Translations under genes and position numbers: made by a program | Shown here: positions 34,801 through 48,649 of the stretch, piece by piece | How the letters are laid out: every line of letters begins with the position of its first letter | Position numbering within the stretch: position 1 is the first letter of the stretch | Assembly (NCBI RefSeq): GCF_048593235.1 | Contig: NC_133620.1 | Span: 52,888,852 to 52,952,851, forward strand | From: Sminthopsis crassicaudata | Taxonomy: Eukaryota | Direction: 5' to 3' | DNA length: 64,000 nucleotides | The notes under the pieces: generated by a model | Database searches by the model: none | Told to the model about the DNA's origin: nothing | Seen by the model: the letters and a program-made list of their open reading frames with translations, nothing else

Positions 34801-37205
34801 AGAAATACCAAATCCTTTTTCTTTCTTAGTTTTTCTTCTCCTTTCATATTCCTCTCAGTTCCCCTTGGTACCCACTAGATACCAATTTTTTTTTTCAGTA
34901 ACTAGGAGGCATTTTCTCTTCTCTGATTATATTCTGTTACAACTACCCCTTTCTTCCCTCTATTTCTATCCCCTTTCTACTTCAGTCTCCATCCCTCCTT
35001 CTCTTAGCCCTACCAATTTGGATGCTTTAGGGGGACATGCAGTGACACCTAACTTGAGTCATTTCTAGATTTTGATTGACAGTTAGGTTGGAAGATGTGG
35101 GCAAAGGAATCAATTCAGCTTGTCAATTTCTTCCACCAGCTGGCTCTCTAGGGAGAACATTGCCCAAAGCCACAAACGTTGTGAGATGTGGTTCTCTCAG
35201 AAAAGCCTCCACATTCCCAAGTCAGTCCTTAAGTAGTGTGCCTCGCTCATGGCATTCTAACCATACAGATGTTTGTGATATCTAAGAACTGAGGTCTAGA
35301 AGACCATAGAGTACAGTCTACATACCAGATGCAACAGTGGCCATGGCACTGGGGTTTTAACGCTACTACAGGATTACTCTCTCCACACTGGAGACCTCTC
35401 TGCCCAAGAGAAATGAAGTAATAGACAGTATTGATTAAAAACGGGAGGCTGCCCAAACAACCCCCTAATTAAAAAGGTGGGGGAGGGAATAAATTCTGTT
35501 TGAAATTCAGCTATTTTGCTGTTGATAAAGAAAATGGGGAACTGATACCTTCTAAAAGTTTTACATAAGAAGTCAAGACTTTAAACCTCTGCCACTGACT
35601 TGGGGCTACCCGATTCATATTCACCCTAAAGTGGAATAAGGAGTTTTCCAAATGTTGGTTATTTAGTTCACAAGCTCATCCAACTGAGCCTAAAATCCAT
35701 TATCATCTGACAGAGATTCTGTGGTCTGGATAAAATAACAGGGTGGAGGCTCTACCCGTAGGACAGAGAGGCCTCTTCCCCGAAAAACATCACCTCAGCC
35801 AGCAATCACTGGTCCCCTCTCTCTATGGCAGCATATCACTGGAGAGGCCTGGAACCAGGCATTTCCCCTTCCAAGGCCTCAGAGTACCTAGTTCAGGGCC
35901 ATGAGCCTTGAGACAGAGTCTCCATACATATTCATTTTCACATACAATGCTTATAGATTTGAACTGAATATTAATTTTCACTTTTGGAAGTTATTCTATC
36001 CCAAGGGATCTGAAGACAGGATAGGAGAGGTGGGAGCTGACATTCATTCTAGCTCTTTGCTCAGGAGGAAATTGTATGAGAAAGAGAGGAGGGTTGAAAA
36101 TGAAGAGGTTTGGAGATGGGGAGAAGAAGGGTACCACTTCTCTACTATTTCAGCATAAACAACTCATTGTCTCAACTTCCCTCATCTGTTAAATGGGCAG
36201 ATCAGAGACTAAATTCAGAAGCAGTGTGAGAATCTCCTAAGAAAGGACAGGAAAAAACTGACCATATTCTTATCATCCTTGGACAAATCATAATTTGTAT
36301 TATTAGTTCCAACAAATGAACACAGTTTGGGTGGGTGCCGCAGTATTCCTTCCCCACCAATAAACATATCAACTACCCCAAAGGGCTGGCTCTCAAGTGG
36401 AGATTTGAGGGGAGGGCTTCAGTGCTAGTTTACATGACCCCTTTCCATTCTCCCTGTCCCCCTCTCCCTGGGGCGGGCAAGTGCTCGTTTTACTGCCTGG
36501 CAACCAGGCCAGGGCTAAGCTTGCTAAAATATGAGTGCTTTTTTGGCTGGAGTACCAGAGAGCCCGCNNNNNNNNNNNNNNNNNNNNNNNNNNNNNNNNN
36601 NNNNNNNNNNNNNNNNNNNNNNNNNNNNNNNNNNNNNNNNNNNNNNNNNNNNNNNNNNNNNNNNNNNNNNNNNNNNNNNNNNNNNNNNNNNNNNNNNNNN
36701 NNNNNNNNNNNNNNNNNNNNNNNNNNNNNNNNNNNNNNNNNNNNNNNNNNNNNNNNNNNNNNNCTGCTCCTCAACCCAAGTCACCACTCTAAGCTTCCCG
36801 TTTTTCCGGGCTCTTCTCCCTTGTCTAAATTCCTCCAGCTTCTGCCAATCAGAATTCCTCACCTCGGGCTCAGAGGGTCTTAGCAACCAAGGTAAATGGT
36901 AGCCCTTTAAGATGTGGCCCTCACATTTGTGGCTCCTGAGGCTGTCTTCTCCACAGGAGGGTGCAGAACCCAGGATTTCCCCACTGGACTACCATTTAGC
37001 TATAAGGGACTTATTTCTGACTGGCAAAATAAATAAATAAATAAAAGCCCAAGGCTTGTTGAATTCTTTACTCAAATAATCTTTTGGGGCTTAAATGAGA
37101 AATTTTCTTACATTGGGCTTTTAATACTATTATTCTTATGACTCTCATTAGTGAGAGCACTCCTTCTGTTCATGTAGATACCCAGTCCTACCTGCTATTC
37201 TCATC

Positions 37206-37996
37206 CATGTTCAAATGATCATAGTTATCATTTTATTATTTGTAGCTGACTTTTGTTCTTGTCTAACATTGGTAAAGCTCGGACAAAAATTGTCATAGGA
37301 TAAGTCAATTGCCTATTTTTGTCCTCACTCATGTTCAAATGATCATTTTATTATTATTATTATTTGTTGCTGACTTTTGTTTACCATTGCTAAAGCTCAA
37401 ACAAAAATTGTTATAGGACAGGTCAATAGTCTACTTTTGTTCTTTCATGTTTATTGTTTGGTGAACTACCCAGGTGATTCAAATAGTTGAGTTATTTGAA
37501 ATTGGTTAATAGTGTTGGGATGCAGGATTCTTTTCTGTGACCTTTGGGGGGGATATTATCACCATTATCCTCATCATTATTATCAATTAAAATTAGTTAA
37601 AAACAGATTCTTAATACCATCCATGATTCACTCTAATAGTGAATAGTAATTTTGTTCTTCTTGTCCTTATCATAGGTAAAGCTCAAACAAAAATTGTCAT
37701 AGGACAAATCAATAGCCTACTTTAGTTCTTTCTTGTTTATTGTTTGGTGAACTACCCAGGTGAATAAAATGATCGACTTTTTTGGAATTGAATAAAAGTA
37801 TTGGGATGCAGGATTCTTTTCTGTAGGCTCTTTTTAAAAATTGTCATCACCATTATCCTCATCATTATTATCATAAGCAGAAGTAGTTGGAATGATATGG
37901 TAGATTAGTTATCAATTAAGATTAGTTAAAATAAAAAGATAGATCAGATTCTTAAAACCATCCATCTATGGTTCACTCTAATAGTAAATAGTAATT
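37206..37996 (+). repeat. Nested diverged tandem duplication (~124-bp and ~285/345-bp units)
   Basis: taaagctc..acaaaaattgt.atagga core at ~37273, 37391 and 37677; catgttcaaatgatcat at 37206 and 37330; ttcactctaatagt.aatagtaatt at 37627 and 37972. Confidence 0.9.
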
Positions 37997-39984
37997 AATG
38001 ATATCAGAGGCAAAAGAATTAATTTCCCATTGCAAGATTTTCTCTTAGCTATCCAAGAGGGAAGAAGCATGAAAATAAGCATGGTTATTTGGAAGCTGGG
38101 AAGTCTCCATTCCCTTTTTGTCTTCAAGTTTGTATGTAATATTGAGATTTCTTGTCTCACATAACTAGTCTCCCCAGAATCTCTGAATTGGATGGGCATT
38201 TTATCCATGCTAATAGTGAGCAAGAATCTAAAGGTTTAGAGACTAGGTTGCATTCCCACCTTAAGACTGGAGGCAATTTTCATGAAATCAACATTTTGTT
38301 TTTTTCTCACTGCAGGAAAAGGCATTCATCCAAAGTCTGTTAAATTAGCCCTGATTTCTCTAGGCTCAGATCTACCCCTGGCTAATTCTGTGACCTTAGG
38401 CAAGTTTCTTTGTGGGGGGGAGAGGGGTTTCCCCTCCATAAAACAGGAATAACAATACCTGTCCTTCATCATCCTCCCAGGGGTGTTGAAGTAATGAATA
38501 AGATGAGGGGTATAAAACAGTTTTAGTGCGTCGGAGAAAGGATACACAGAAATACAAGGTGTTTAACTTTACTAAGCATTTTCTAAGTCCGGTGGAGTCA
38601 GATAGACCCCAAGTAGATATGGGCAGCTTCCCATCCCAATTTCCATTAAGAACTAACTACAGAGAGGGCAAACTAACAGGCAGATCCAAACCAGAGCTGT
38701 TTGGCCAGACTTTTTGAAGCCTTCAAATGAATTTTAGAAGGCAAGTTTGCTTTGAAGTATAATAAAAAGTATACTTTATAAATAAAATCTGGTTTGTATC
38801 TGATAAGCTCAAGAGAGACACGCCCCCCCATCCATGGAAGACAGAGGAAATGAATGAAAGACATCTTGAAGCTCACACATCTTTCTAGTATGCCTTGATG
38901 AGAAACAGTAGCAAATGGAACAATTTGAACTAATTTGATCTAAGAAACAGAGTAACTCTTGAAGCAAAGGTTTCAGGTTAAGTATAAAAATGAATCAAAA
39001 TTGTAACTAGCAATTTTGATACATGGCAAGTAACAAAAGCAAGCCCTTAAATGTACTTTGTAATTTATAATGTGAAAACAAAAAATAACTAAGATAAATT
39101 CAGTTGGGGAGAGATGGGGCGATTACTGTTTCACTATCAGAGCGAAAAATAGTTGGATGATATTTAGAATCTGATATATTTCCTTAATTTAACTAATTTT
39201 ATTGATACCTAGTAATAATCTAATTATAAATCTCAATTGACATAAATACAGATTTTTATAGATAACTAGGTATGAAGCTGTTTTTGAAGGGATATGTGGT
39301 ATTTTTGGTATCTCTAAAATGCAGTGCCCACAGATAAATCATCACTCAACTAACCCTAGTTATGGTTCTGGATTGAGTCATAAATATTGATAGATTTGCT
39401 ACAAATGGTGGCTATCACCTCAAATCGAAAATTATGTATGGACTATCATGTTGCATAAGCCTACAGAAAAAAAAATAATTGTCTAGCAATAACATCATTG
39501 ACTATGGGATCAATATATGTTGTGGTGGAAAGAATGATCTATTTGGAATCAACATCCTTGAGTATAAAGTTGGGGTCTGCTGTTTACCAGTCACATCAAA
39601 GATGTTTTAGCTAGAGAAGAAATTAGAAGTCATATAGTATACGTTCCTCAATTTATATTTGAAGGCATAGTAACCTAATAGGTCACTTGCCCCCTACCAT
39701 GTTATATATGATACTATACTGTACTTTATAATATCATATGTTTTATATTTTAGATATAATATTGTAAAATATCATTTATGTGTTTAATATAATAATATAA
39801 ATGTATATATTCATTTATATACATGTACATATACAACATGCATACATGTGTATAGCATCAAGGTAACATAAATATTAAGCAATAAATCTAGGATTTGAAA
39901 CCATTTCCTATGACTCAAAATCCAGCATTCTTTCCAGTACTCCTAATAGTGATCCTCATACTAAAAATGATGGGTTTGTTGTTG

Positions 39985-40105
39985 TTGTTCACTCTTGTCT
40001 GACTCTTCGGGATCCTATAGGCCATAGCATTCCAGGTTCCTCTTTACTCCATTATCCCTTGAAGACTGCCTAAGCTCAGGTTCAGTGTTTCCATGACACT
40101 AATGT
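39985..40105 (-). mobile_element. RTE-BovB-like 3' end fragment
   Basis: gttgttgttcactcttgtctgactcttcgggatcctataggccatagcattccagg...ctgcctaagctcaggttcagtgtttccatgacacta. Confidence 0.6.
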
Positions 40106-40499
40106 ATAATTATTGTCATGTGTATATGCACAGAAGCATGTTGCTTCTGGATATTTGTAGCTAAGGTCTTTTGGGGGAGGAAGAGGAAGGAATCAAAAGA
40201 TACTCTATCTATATTAATGGTATCTTCTTACACATATTTATTTATATGCATTGAATCCAAAAACGGTCAGGGTATCCTAAAAGTCTAATTTCAAGTTATT
40301 TTTTAATGAGCTTCAAACTTCACTTTTAGATCATTCTGTTTAGAACTTAACACAATAGCATCTATGTAATAAATGCTCTACAAATGTGGCTTGTGCATTT
40401 TTCTTGAATGAACTACAATTCTACTGATCAACTGGGAAGTTATAAAGCAACAACACTTTTTAGAAGTATAGAATCCTGAGTTTTATTTCTAACTCAGCT

Positions 40500-40725
40500 G
40501 GATGATCCAGCGAATTGAATGCTAGATTTAGAGTCAAGGAGCCCTGAGTTCAAATCCAACTTCAGACACTAGTTGTATGACTCTGTGTGGAAAAGTCACT
40601 CCCTCTGGCTGCCTCAGTTTTCTCAACTATAATGAGGGAAGAATAATAGCACTTACATCCCATAGTTTTTGTTAAGATAGATATTTTAAAGTGCTTAGCA
40701 TAGTGCCTAACACATGGTAAAAGTA
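40500..40725 (+). mobile_element. MIR/MAR-type core SINE
   Basis: gagtcaaggagccctgagttcaaatccaacttcagacactag...gcctcagttttctcaactataatgaggg...aagtgcttagcatagtgcc. Confidence 0.75.
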
Positions 40726-41204
40726 ATTTTTATTATTATTATAAACTGGCTTTTTTATTTCTGAGAAACTGCTTTATATCTCTAGAGCTCAATTTTCTTG
40801 TTTATAAAATGAGAGAGTTCAAATAGATGATCTTTATGGTTTCTTCTGCTTCAATTCTATGGCTCACATGATATGACTAAATTTTTCTTGATATGACAAT
40901 GACTTTGAGCAGCTTTAGCCATATTTCCTCATTCCCTATCCCACCACCTTTTTTTGTAATCCATGACAAATGCTTCCTTCAGCTGCTTAGGAAGAGAATC
41001 ATGGAATATGGAATAGAGTGAAAGCTAACCGGTCTGTGTTAATATAAAATTCATAGCCAAAGCATGATGTTTACAAAGCAAAGAAACTTTTAGAGGCTAA
41101 TCCAGCAACCTCACCTTAAAATGAGAAAACTGAGATCCAGAAATATAAAATGAATTCGAAGAATTGAGACAAAATCTCAAAGAGTAGAAAAGAATCCTCC
41201 ATCA

Positions 41205-42340
41205 ATCTGGTATCTGTATAAGAATTCCCCCCTACAAAATTTCTTATAAATTGTGATTCAGCCTCACTTGGAGGTCTCTAGTGAGATAGAAGCCACTACC
41301 TTTTGAAGTGCCCATTCCACTTTTGAAAAGCTTTAATTTTTTAAGGAAGTTTTTCTTTACATTAAGTCAAATCTTGCTTTTTTGTAATTTCTCCCATTTC
41401 TTTTAGTTTAGCCCTCAGGAGTACAGAACAATTCTGAGCCCACTTCCAGATGATGGCTTCTGAAATTCTCCAACTCCAGTGTCATATTCCCACCTCATTC
41501 TTTTCTAAACCAAACATATCTGTTCTTTCAGTTGATCCTTATATAGTATTGTTTGCAAGTTTCTCTTCTCCCAGCACTACTCATATTCTCCTACAAATGT
41601 GGCACCCACAACTGAACAGAACATTCCAGACATGCCACAAACAATCAAAGTACAGAGGGGCTATCATTTCCCCCAATCAGCAGATTGTAACTCTCTTAAT
41701 GCAGCCAAATGGTAAATTAACTCTTTTTAGCTACCATGATACATTGTCAATCCATATTGGACTTGTATTATACTAAAATCTCAATTCATTATCATGGCAA
41801 ATGTTTCAACAGTAGCTATTTTGTATTTATGAAACTGGTGTTTTGAACCCAAATGGGGGACTTTGTATCTCGAAATATCTAGTATTTGTTATATTATATA
41901 TGATACAAAATAATTATATGTAGTATGTTATATAATTACATTGTATACAATTGATGTATATTTATATAATTGTATTATACATGTGTGTATATATACACAC
42001 ATATATATATATTACATGCATATATATATATATATATTTATATGTGCATATATACACACATAAATTAGAAGACCTGGATTCCAATCCCCATATATCTTCT
42101 ATGTGATCTTGAGAAAAACACTATTTCTTTGAGCATTCCTTATTTATAAAGGGAAGGATTACACTAGATGGCCCCTAATGTTTCTTTCAAATCTAAATCT
42201 GTGTTTTCATTATTCTAAATTTTGGCTTATTCAATGTGGCCCAATATCTTCCACTTCTGAGATCGTTTTCTGATCTGACTTTCTTATTCTATATGTTAGT
42301 TATCCCATTCTGCTAGATTTCACCTGTATATTTGTTTTAA
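41205..42340 (-). mobile_element. CR1/L3 LINE fragment interrupted by a TA-rich tract and MIR (41880-42160)
   Basis: cagcctcacttggaggtctctagtgag...cccattccactttt...aatgtggcacccacaactgaacagaacattccaga...tgttagttatccc, reverse of the CR1 3' region. Confidence 0.7.
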
Positions 42341-42625
42341 CTGGCTAAAATAATGAAGTAAAACTTAGTAGAGCCAGGATTCACATCCAGGTCTTTCAAC
42401 ATCCTGTGCAGCTCACATTCCACTCTACCACATGCTCCACTTTGCTGGTTTTCCCATTTTCCTTCTTGGACCCCATAGAGCATTTTGTTACATATCTCTC
42501 TGGTGTGCTTACCCAGTAATATCCTACATTATAACGATCCTTATTGGAGTCTCATGCCCCTACCTGACAGGAGGGTGGAGGTAGAACCTTAGTGTTTTGA
42601 ACCCAAAGGGGAGATTTGCATTTAC

Positions 42626-42626
<1 letters not shown>

Positions 42627-42680
<54 letters not shown>
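42627..42680 (+). repeat. (TCTA)13 tetranucleotide microsatellite
   Basis: Direct reading. Confidence 0.98.
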
Positions 42681-43904
42681 ATACCTAGGGCTAAGCACCT
42701 TGTTCTGTATAAAAGGGCTGTTGTTCAAATCAGCAAATGATAGAGGAATAAATCTTGATGCCATTAGCAATAATAATAACCTCAATAATACTAATAAATA
42801 GATGAGTAAGTAGAGAAGTAGGTAAATAGAAGCAGAGATAGATAAATTTAATTAAATGTCTATAAAACATGACATCATCATCATATGTCAATAATCTTCT
42901 TGATGCCATATGCAAATCACTTAGTATTTTTATTCATTTCAGTTCCATCTCTTCTTCTTGTTGGAAAGAGAAATAAAAGTTTCAAACTCCTTTTGGTTTA
43001 TATAAAGTGAAATGGAAGAAATACATTTTCCCTACCTTCCCCTTAAATTAACATCACAGACCGGCCCAGTAACTGTGAGAGCAATGAGAACCCCAAGTAA
43101 TGTGATTATTTTGAGGAAAAGTGATTTTTGAGGAGAACTGAATATTATAATTATGTAGCTTTTGTGTGGATATAGGGGTAAAATGGTCTTACCAAAATGG
43201 GTCTTCTGAGGAGGATTTAAAACATACGCTACAACAACAAAAACAAATATAGAAGGTGAATTCTATGAGTCACAGTGACAGATCAGAGTGAGAGAGGCAG
43301 CCAGCAGGCAGCAGAGGTCAGAGTTAATTACAGCCAACGGCATTTCACCACCATACCATGGTGCCTACCTCATCTCTCTCCTCTGGGAACTGAGACATTC
43401 AAAATCCATGCTGGCTGATATTAGTAAGTACTGATTAGAATATGCCCACAGGGCCGTTTAAACTTTCCTTCTCTAGTTAGAGATTTCATTTTCATCAAGA
43501 TTTATGGGAGTTTCTGCTTCAGGCAAGTAGATTTGCCAACAGGGAAGTCCCTCTATTCAGAATAAGCTGAGTCTAGTACTGGAGCACCCACTGGGAAAAT
43601 ACAGATAATCTTCATCCGGGTGTTTCTCATCTCCTAAAATAACTATGCAGAAAAACAACAGAAAGACTTCTTAGATTCCCCATCTAATGCAGGGGGAACT
43701 CCCTCCTCAAACTTTGATTCCTCTTTGTGTGACCTCTCTTGTGGCTTTGTCACATGTTAACTTATATTATAGTTTAGTTCAAATCAATCCGACATTTATT
43801 AACACCTACTATGAACAAGGCATTCTGCTCAGGGCTAAAATGAAACCTGGAAGAGCTTATCTTCTACTGGGGTAATGCAACATGCACACAAATAAGTAGT
43901 TACA

Positions 43905-44438
43905 NNNNNNNNNNNNNNNNNNNNNNNNNNNNNNNNNNNNNNNNNNNNNNNNNNNNNNNNNNNNNNNNNNNNNNNNNNNNNNNNNNNNNNNNNNNNNNNN
44001 NNNNNNNNNNNNNNNNNNNNNNNNNNNNNNNNNNNNNNNNNNNNNNNNNNNNNNNNNNNNNNNNNNNNNNNNNNNNNNNNNNNNNNNNNNNNNNNNNNNN
44101 NNNNNNNNNNNNNNNNNNNNNNNNNNNNNNNNNNNNNNNNNNNNNNNNNNNNNNNNNNNNNNNNNNNNNNNNNNNNNNNNNNNNNNNNNNNNNNNNNNNN
44201 NNNNNNNNNNNNNNNNNNNNNNNNNNNNNNNNNNNNNNNNNNNNNNNNNNNNNNNNNNNNNNNNNNNNNNNNNNNNNNNNNNNNNNNNNNNNNNNNNNNN
44301 NNNNNNNNNNNNNNNNNNNNNNNNNNNNNNNNNNNNNNNNNNNNNNNNNNNNNNNNNNNNNNNNNNNNNNNNNNNNNNNNNNNNNNNNNNNNNNNNNNNN
44401 NNNNNNNNNNNNNNNNNNNNNNNNNNNNNNNNNNNNNN
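43905..44438. other. Largest assembly gap (534 N)
   Basis: Other gaps: 4938-5071, 12145-12347, 13925-14267, 15029-15259, 33983-34357, 36568-36764, 48914-49099. Confidence 0.99.
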
Positions 44439-44474
44439 TTAGAAAATTACAGCACTTTCAGCAGAAATAGGCAT

Positions 44475-44488
44475 CACACACACACACA

Positions 44489-44550
<62 letters not shown>
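44475..44550 (+). repeat. (CA)~38 microsatellite with one TA interruption
   Basis: Direct reading. Confidence 0.98.
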
Positions 44551-44553
<3 letters not shown>

Positions 44554-45249
44554 GGCTTTATAAGCTTCTCAAGGCCAGGGCCTGCGTCTTGCTTGGCCTT
44601 TCTATTCCCAGAACTGAGTAGAATTCAATGCACATAATGGATGTCAGTGAATGCATGGATCCTCTTCTTGTTTCATTCACTAGGGCAATGACTACAATAG
44701 CATTTTTATTGGAAATGTAAAAATGTTATAGAGCTGTTCACATGCATGATCTCACTGGATCCTCGTCACAACCCTGTGATGTTGATGGCATGAGCATTAT
44801 TATTTGGCCACATTTTGCAAAAGTTAAAACACGAAGTTTTCTCAATGTTATAGAATACGCAGAACTTGAGAAACAATGTGATGAAATCTGGACCTGTGGA
44901 AGTCAAGAGATCCATGTCCTTGTTCTGATTCTGTCTAGCTTGCTGTGTGGCCTTGAATACATTACTTAACCTGTCCATTCTTCAGTTTCCTCATCTCTCA
45001 TATTAAGATCTTTTCCAATACTAATCCAGTAGGATTCTCTCGGCAACTTCTCACCACACCCACAAAAACAAGGATCAAATCTGGAAAGGAAAACCTGTGG
45101 TGTCTAATCAGAGATACTGCCAGTTCTCTTTTCTTTTCCTCTGAACTGAGCCCTGCTTTACATCCCAAGTTTGCCTGGGGGATACAGACTGCCAGCACAT
45201 TAGGCAAGAGAGAGCTTAAGTCTCCAAGGTGAATGCATACATATGAGTT

Positions 45250-45550
45250 TAGAGCATATGAAGGCTTATTACATGGTGTATGATGGCCAGCTGTTCTCCA
45301 TCTCCACCGAGGAACAAATAAAAAGAAAGGGGCTTAAGCTAAAGAATTGGGGATTTAAGTAAGATATACAGAAGAGTTTTCCACAAGCATCAATTGTTAA
45401 ATACTGGGAAGGATTACCAAGATCATTGCACAATCTTCTCTGGAGGTCTTAAGGAAGCAGAATGGATGAGTATTTCTCAGGCACAGGTTAGTTGTCTGCT
45501 TGAGGGGATTAGAGTGATGAACTAGATACCAGTAAGTTCTAGACCCCTCA
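45250..45550 (+). mobile_element. CR1/L3 LINE 3' fragment
   Basis: ggccagctgttctccatctccaccgagg...aattgttaaatactgggaaggattaccaag...tctctggaggtcttaagg. Confidence 0.65.
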
Positions 45551-45994
45551 AGACTCTTTCTGGTCATGTGAATCACAGCATTGAATCTCATCATATTCAG
45601 CAAGAACTACTTAGTTCCATATGGCAAACGATATATTTGTAATAAGAACATATCCTTCTTCCAATCTCCGATCAAACCCAGCAAACACTATGAACCCCTA
45701 TTGCGTATATAACAAAGGCAGCAAATAAAGTAGATAAAATTGCAGAGCTGCAAGTCAGAAAGGTCTGAGTTCAAATGAGGCCTCTAATACTTCTTTGTTG
45801 TATTACCCTTTGAAAATTATTTAACTTTGGGTCTTGGGGCAAGTCTTATGATTCTCTATTAAGTAACAGACATTGATTTTCCCATCTCAGCTATTCAGCT
45901 GAAAGAAAAGGGAATGAGAAAGGAAGGAGGGATGGAGGAAAGAGAGAAAAAAGAGAAGAAGAAAGAAACATAAAGATTTAGACAGAGACAGCGA

Positions 45995-46930
45995 GAAATA
46001 ACAAAGTTAAGAAGGGGCCAGGTTGTAAAGAGTATCAAATGCAGAAAAAAGAACTTTTTATTTTATCCTAGAAATAACAATAGTTAGTATTTAAATAGTG
46101 CTTTAAGTGCTTTGTAAAATTATTTAATTTTATCCTCACAAGACTGGGAGGTATGTTCTATTGTTATCCCCATTTTACTGATGAGGAAACGAGGCAAATA
46201 AAGCTTAAGTACTTGAGGTCACATAGTAAGTGTCAGAGACTGGACTTGAACTTAAGTCTTCCTGACTCCTCCACATCCAATTCTCTATCCTCTGTACTAC
46301 TTAAGTAGGTTATTGACCAAGGGGTTTCATGGTCAGAGCTACACTTTAGGAACATCATTTTGGCAATTGAGTAGAGAATGGAATAAGGAAAGAATAAATG
46401 AGACAAGAAATCAATTGGAAAGCTACTGTAGTTGTACAGGTGAGAAGAGATGTACAGAGAGAAGCTGTGTGACTAGAGAGATGGGGACATACATGTGCAA
46501 TATTGTAGAGAAAAAAGTTGCAAAATGTGGTGGCTGATTGTATATATGGAGAAGCAAGAGAGAGATTGACGATGTCCCCAAAGTTTCTAATCTTGGTAAA
46601 TTGATGAGATTATCAAGTAAGATAATGAGAAAAGAAGTTGCAGGATGGGCTTGAGGGACATTTACTGTAGGCACAAATGACATATGAAAAGAATGAGGGA
46701 TGATTACCCAGATAGGAGGAGAATCCAAGAGAAGAGAGCCATGAAAATGAAGAAATATTATCTGGAAGAGATGGTCAACAGTGGTGCCTGCTGTAGAGAC
46801 GTGAATAAAGCTGAACTCTGAGAAGAGATCATTAGATTTGGCAATTAAGAGATCCTGGGAACTTTGGAGAGAATTGTTTCCATTGAATAAAGAAGTCAGA
46901 AGTCAGATTTCAGAGAGTTTAGACAAGAAA
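45995..46930 (-). mobile_element. L2 LINE fragment with nested MIR (~46080-46300)
   Basis: aaggggccaggttgtaaagagtatcaaatg...catggtcagagctacactttaggaacatc...gagaagagatcattagatttggcaattaagagatc (L2 antisense). Confidence 0.75.
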
Positions 46931-47724
46931 TGGAACTACCAAGAGCAGCAGACTTTTTAACCAATTAATGGAGAAGAATATCAAGTAATAGTTCTCTTCT
47001 AGAGCTGACTCTATGATCCTGCCCTAATTAGTGTTCCTTCCTTCCTCATATTATCTTGTATTTACTTGTCTATCAGTGGTTGCACCCTCCCTCCCAAGCA
47101 AAAAATCTTTGATGATTAATATTGTTTTTTTTAAACTCATTGATAACTTGCAATCTTAGAGAATCACTTAAGGCACAGAGAGTTGTAAGCAATGAAATTA
47201 ACATGAAATCAGAGGATCTGGGTTCAAATTCCATCTCCAATTCTTCCTATCTGTTTGAACTTTGACAAGTGACTCCTAAGGTCTCTGAGGACAAATCAAA
47301 AGGGAGGAAATGAACATTTATTAAGCACCTACTATATGCCCCAACCACTGCCTTGCAAATATCTCATTTTATAATATTAATATTGTATTATTAAAATTCT
47401 ATTGATAATACCAATAATATTGAATTATTTTTATTATTAAACCAAGGGCTAGGATAATATTTTTATTACCCTAGACCTTGGTATCTACAACTGTATAGCT
47501 TCTGTGGTTCCTTCCTGCACTAACCCTGATAATTTTAGGATTTTTGCATGCTAAATTACAGAGGCAGCATTTGAAGCTGCGTTTTCCTAACTCCAAGCCA
47601 CGACAGTCATTTTTCCTTACTTTTTCCACATCGAATAGGGGGCTCAATGAATGCTGAATCAAATAACATTTTGGTTATATGCATACTTTATGCAATATTT
47701 TGTGCATGATTATATGCATGAGAA

Positions 47725-47965
47725 GCAATGGGACTAATATAGTGGAAAGAGCACTCTCTCTGGAGTCAGAACCATTTGGGTTCAAGTTTTGCCCCTGGCA
47801 TATAGTTACTGTTCTTGTGACCATGAACTGGTCTTTTAACCTCTGGGTATCCCAGGCAACTCCTTAAGACTATAAATTTCAGAACAATTGCTGATCTTCA
47901 AGTGGATTGAAGGAGTTTCCTCACCAGGAATTCCCTACATCAATGAAATCACAAGTGTAGACATT
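47725..47965 (+). mobile_element. WALLSI4-like core SINE
   Basis: tRNA head tagtggaaagagcactc...ggagtcaga; tail ggcaactccttaagactata...ggagtttcctcaccaggaattccctacatcaatgaaatcaca. Confidence 0.6.
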
Positions 47966-48649
47966 GGACATTGACATTGAAGTTATTTATGGATGCTTTT
48001 AAAAGTATATTGATTTAGATTTATTTTAATGAATTGAGAACATATTTGGTAGTATTTAATAAATTAAATTCCTTTTCTGAAAATCAAAAGATAGCCATAT
48101 GATAATTTAACATTAAGCCCCACACAAGATATTTCACATTAAGAAAAATCAGCATACAAAAATTCAAATTTATAAAATGCATAAATCGAGGGAGATTGGC
48201 TTTTTCACATTGCAGAATGATTTCTTTGATTTATAAAAATTTTATTAACAAACAACAATCTTCCCTGTCACCCAGTGAATTTAAAAATCTAATTTAATAT
48301 ATAAAATTTAATTTATATTGTGCATTGTGTAAAGTTAAGGTACATACTCAGAGAACTAACTACTTAGCTCTGGCCCCTTGTTTAGCCCCATGATCTGTAT
48401 AGGCAAAGAGAGTTATTCATTAACTTTAGTATGTAACTTGAATAATAAAACTGAAGTGTGTTAAATCCAGATGAGGGGTTTTAAATCACCTTCAAGTCAC
48501 TGGTTTTTAACTACTCTTATTTTCCTGGAACAAACATGACCTAAGGTTGTTGTGTGACAACACTATAAAATAAAGATTTCAATGTTTTGGGGAAAGGAGG
48601 GGGAGGATGAGCAGAGATGGTACAGGAAGAAAGAATAGTTAAAAAGTCT

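Noticed and set aside
37206-37996. CRISPR-like array
   Set aside because: Eukaryotic context, long diverged units, no constant repeat with unique spacers, and no cas genes.
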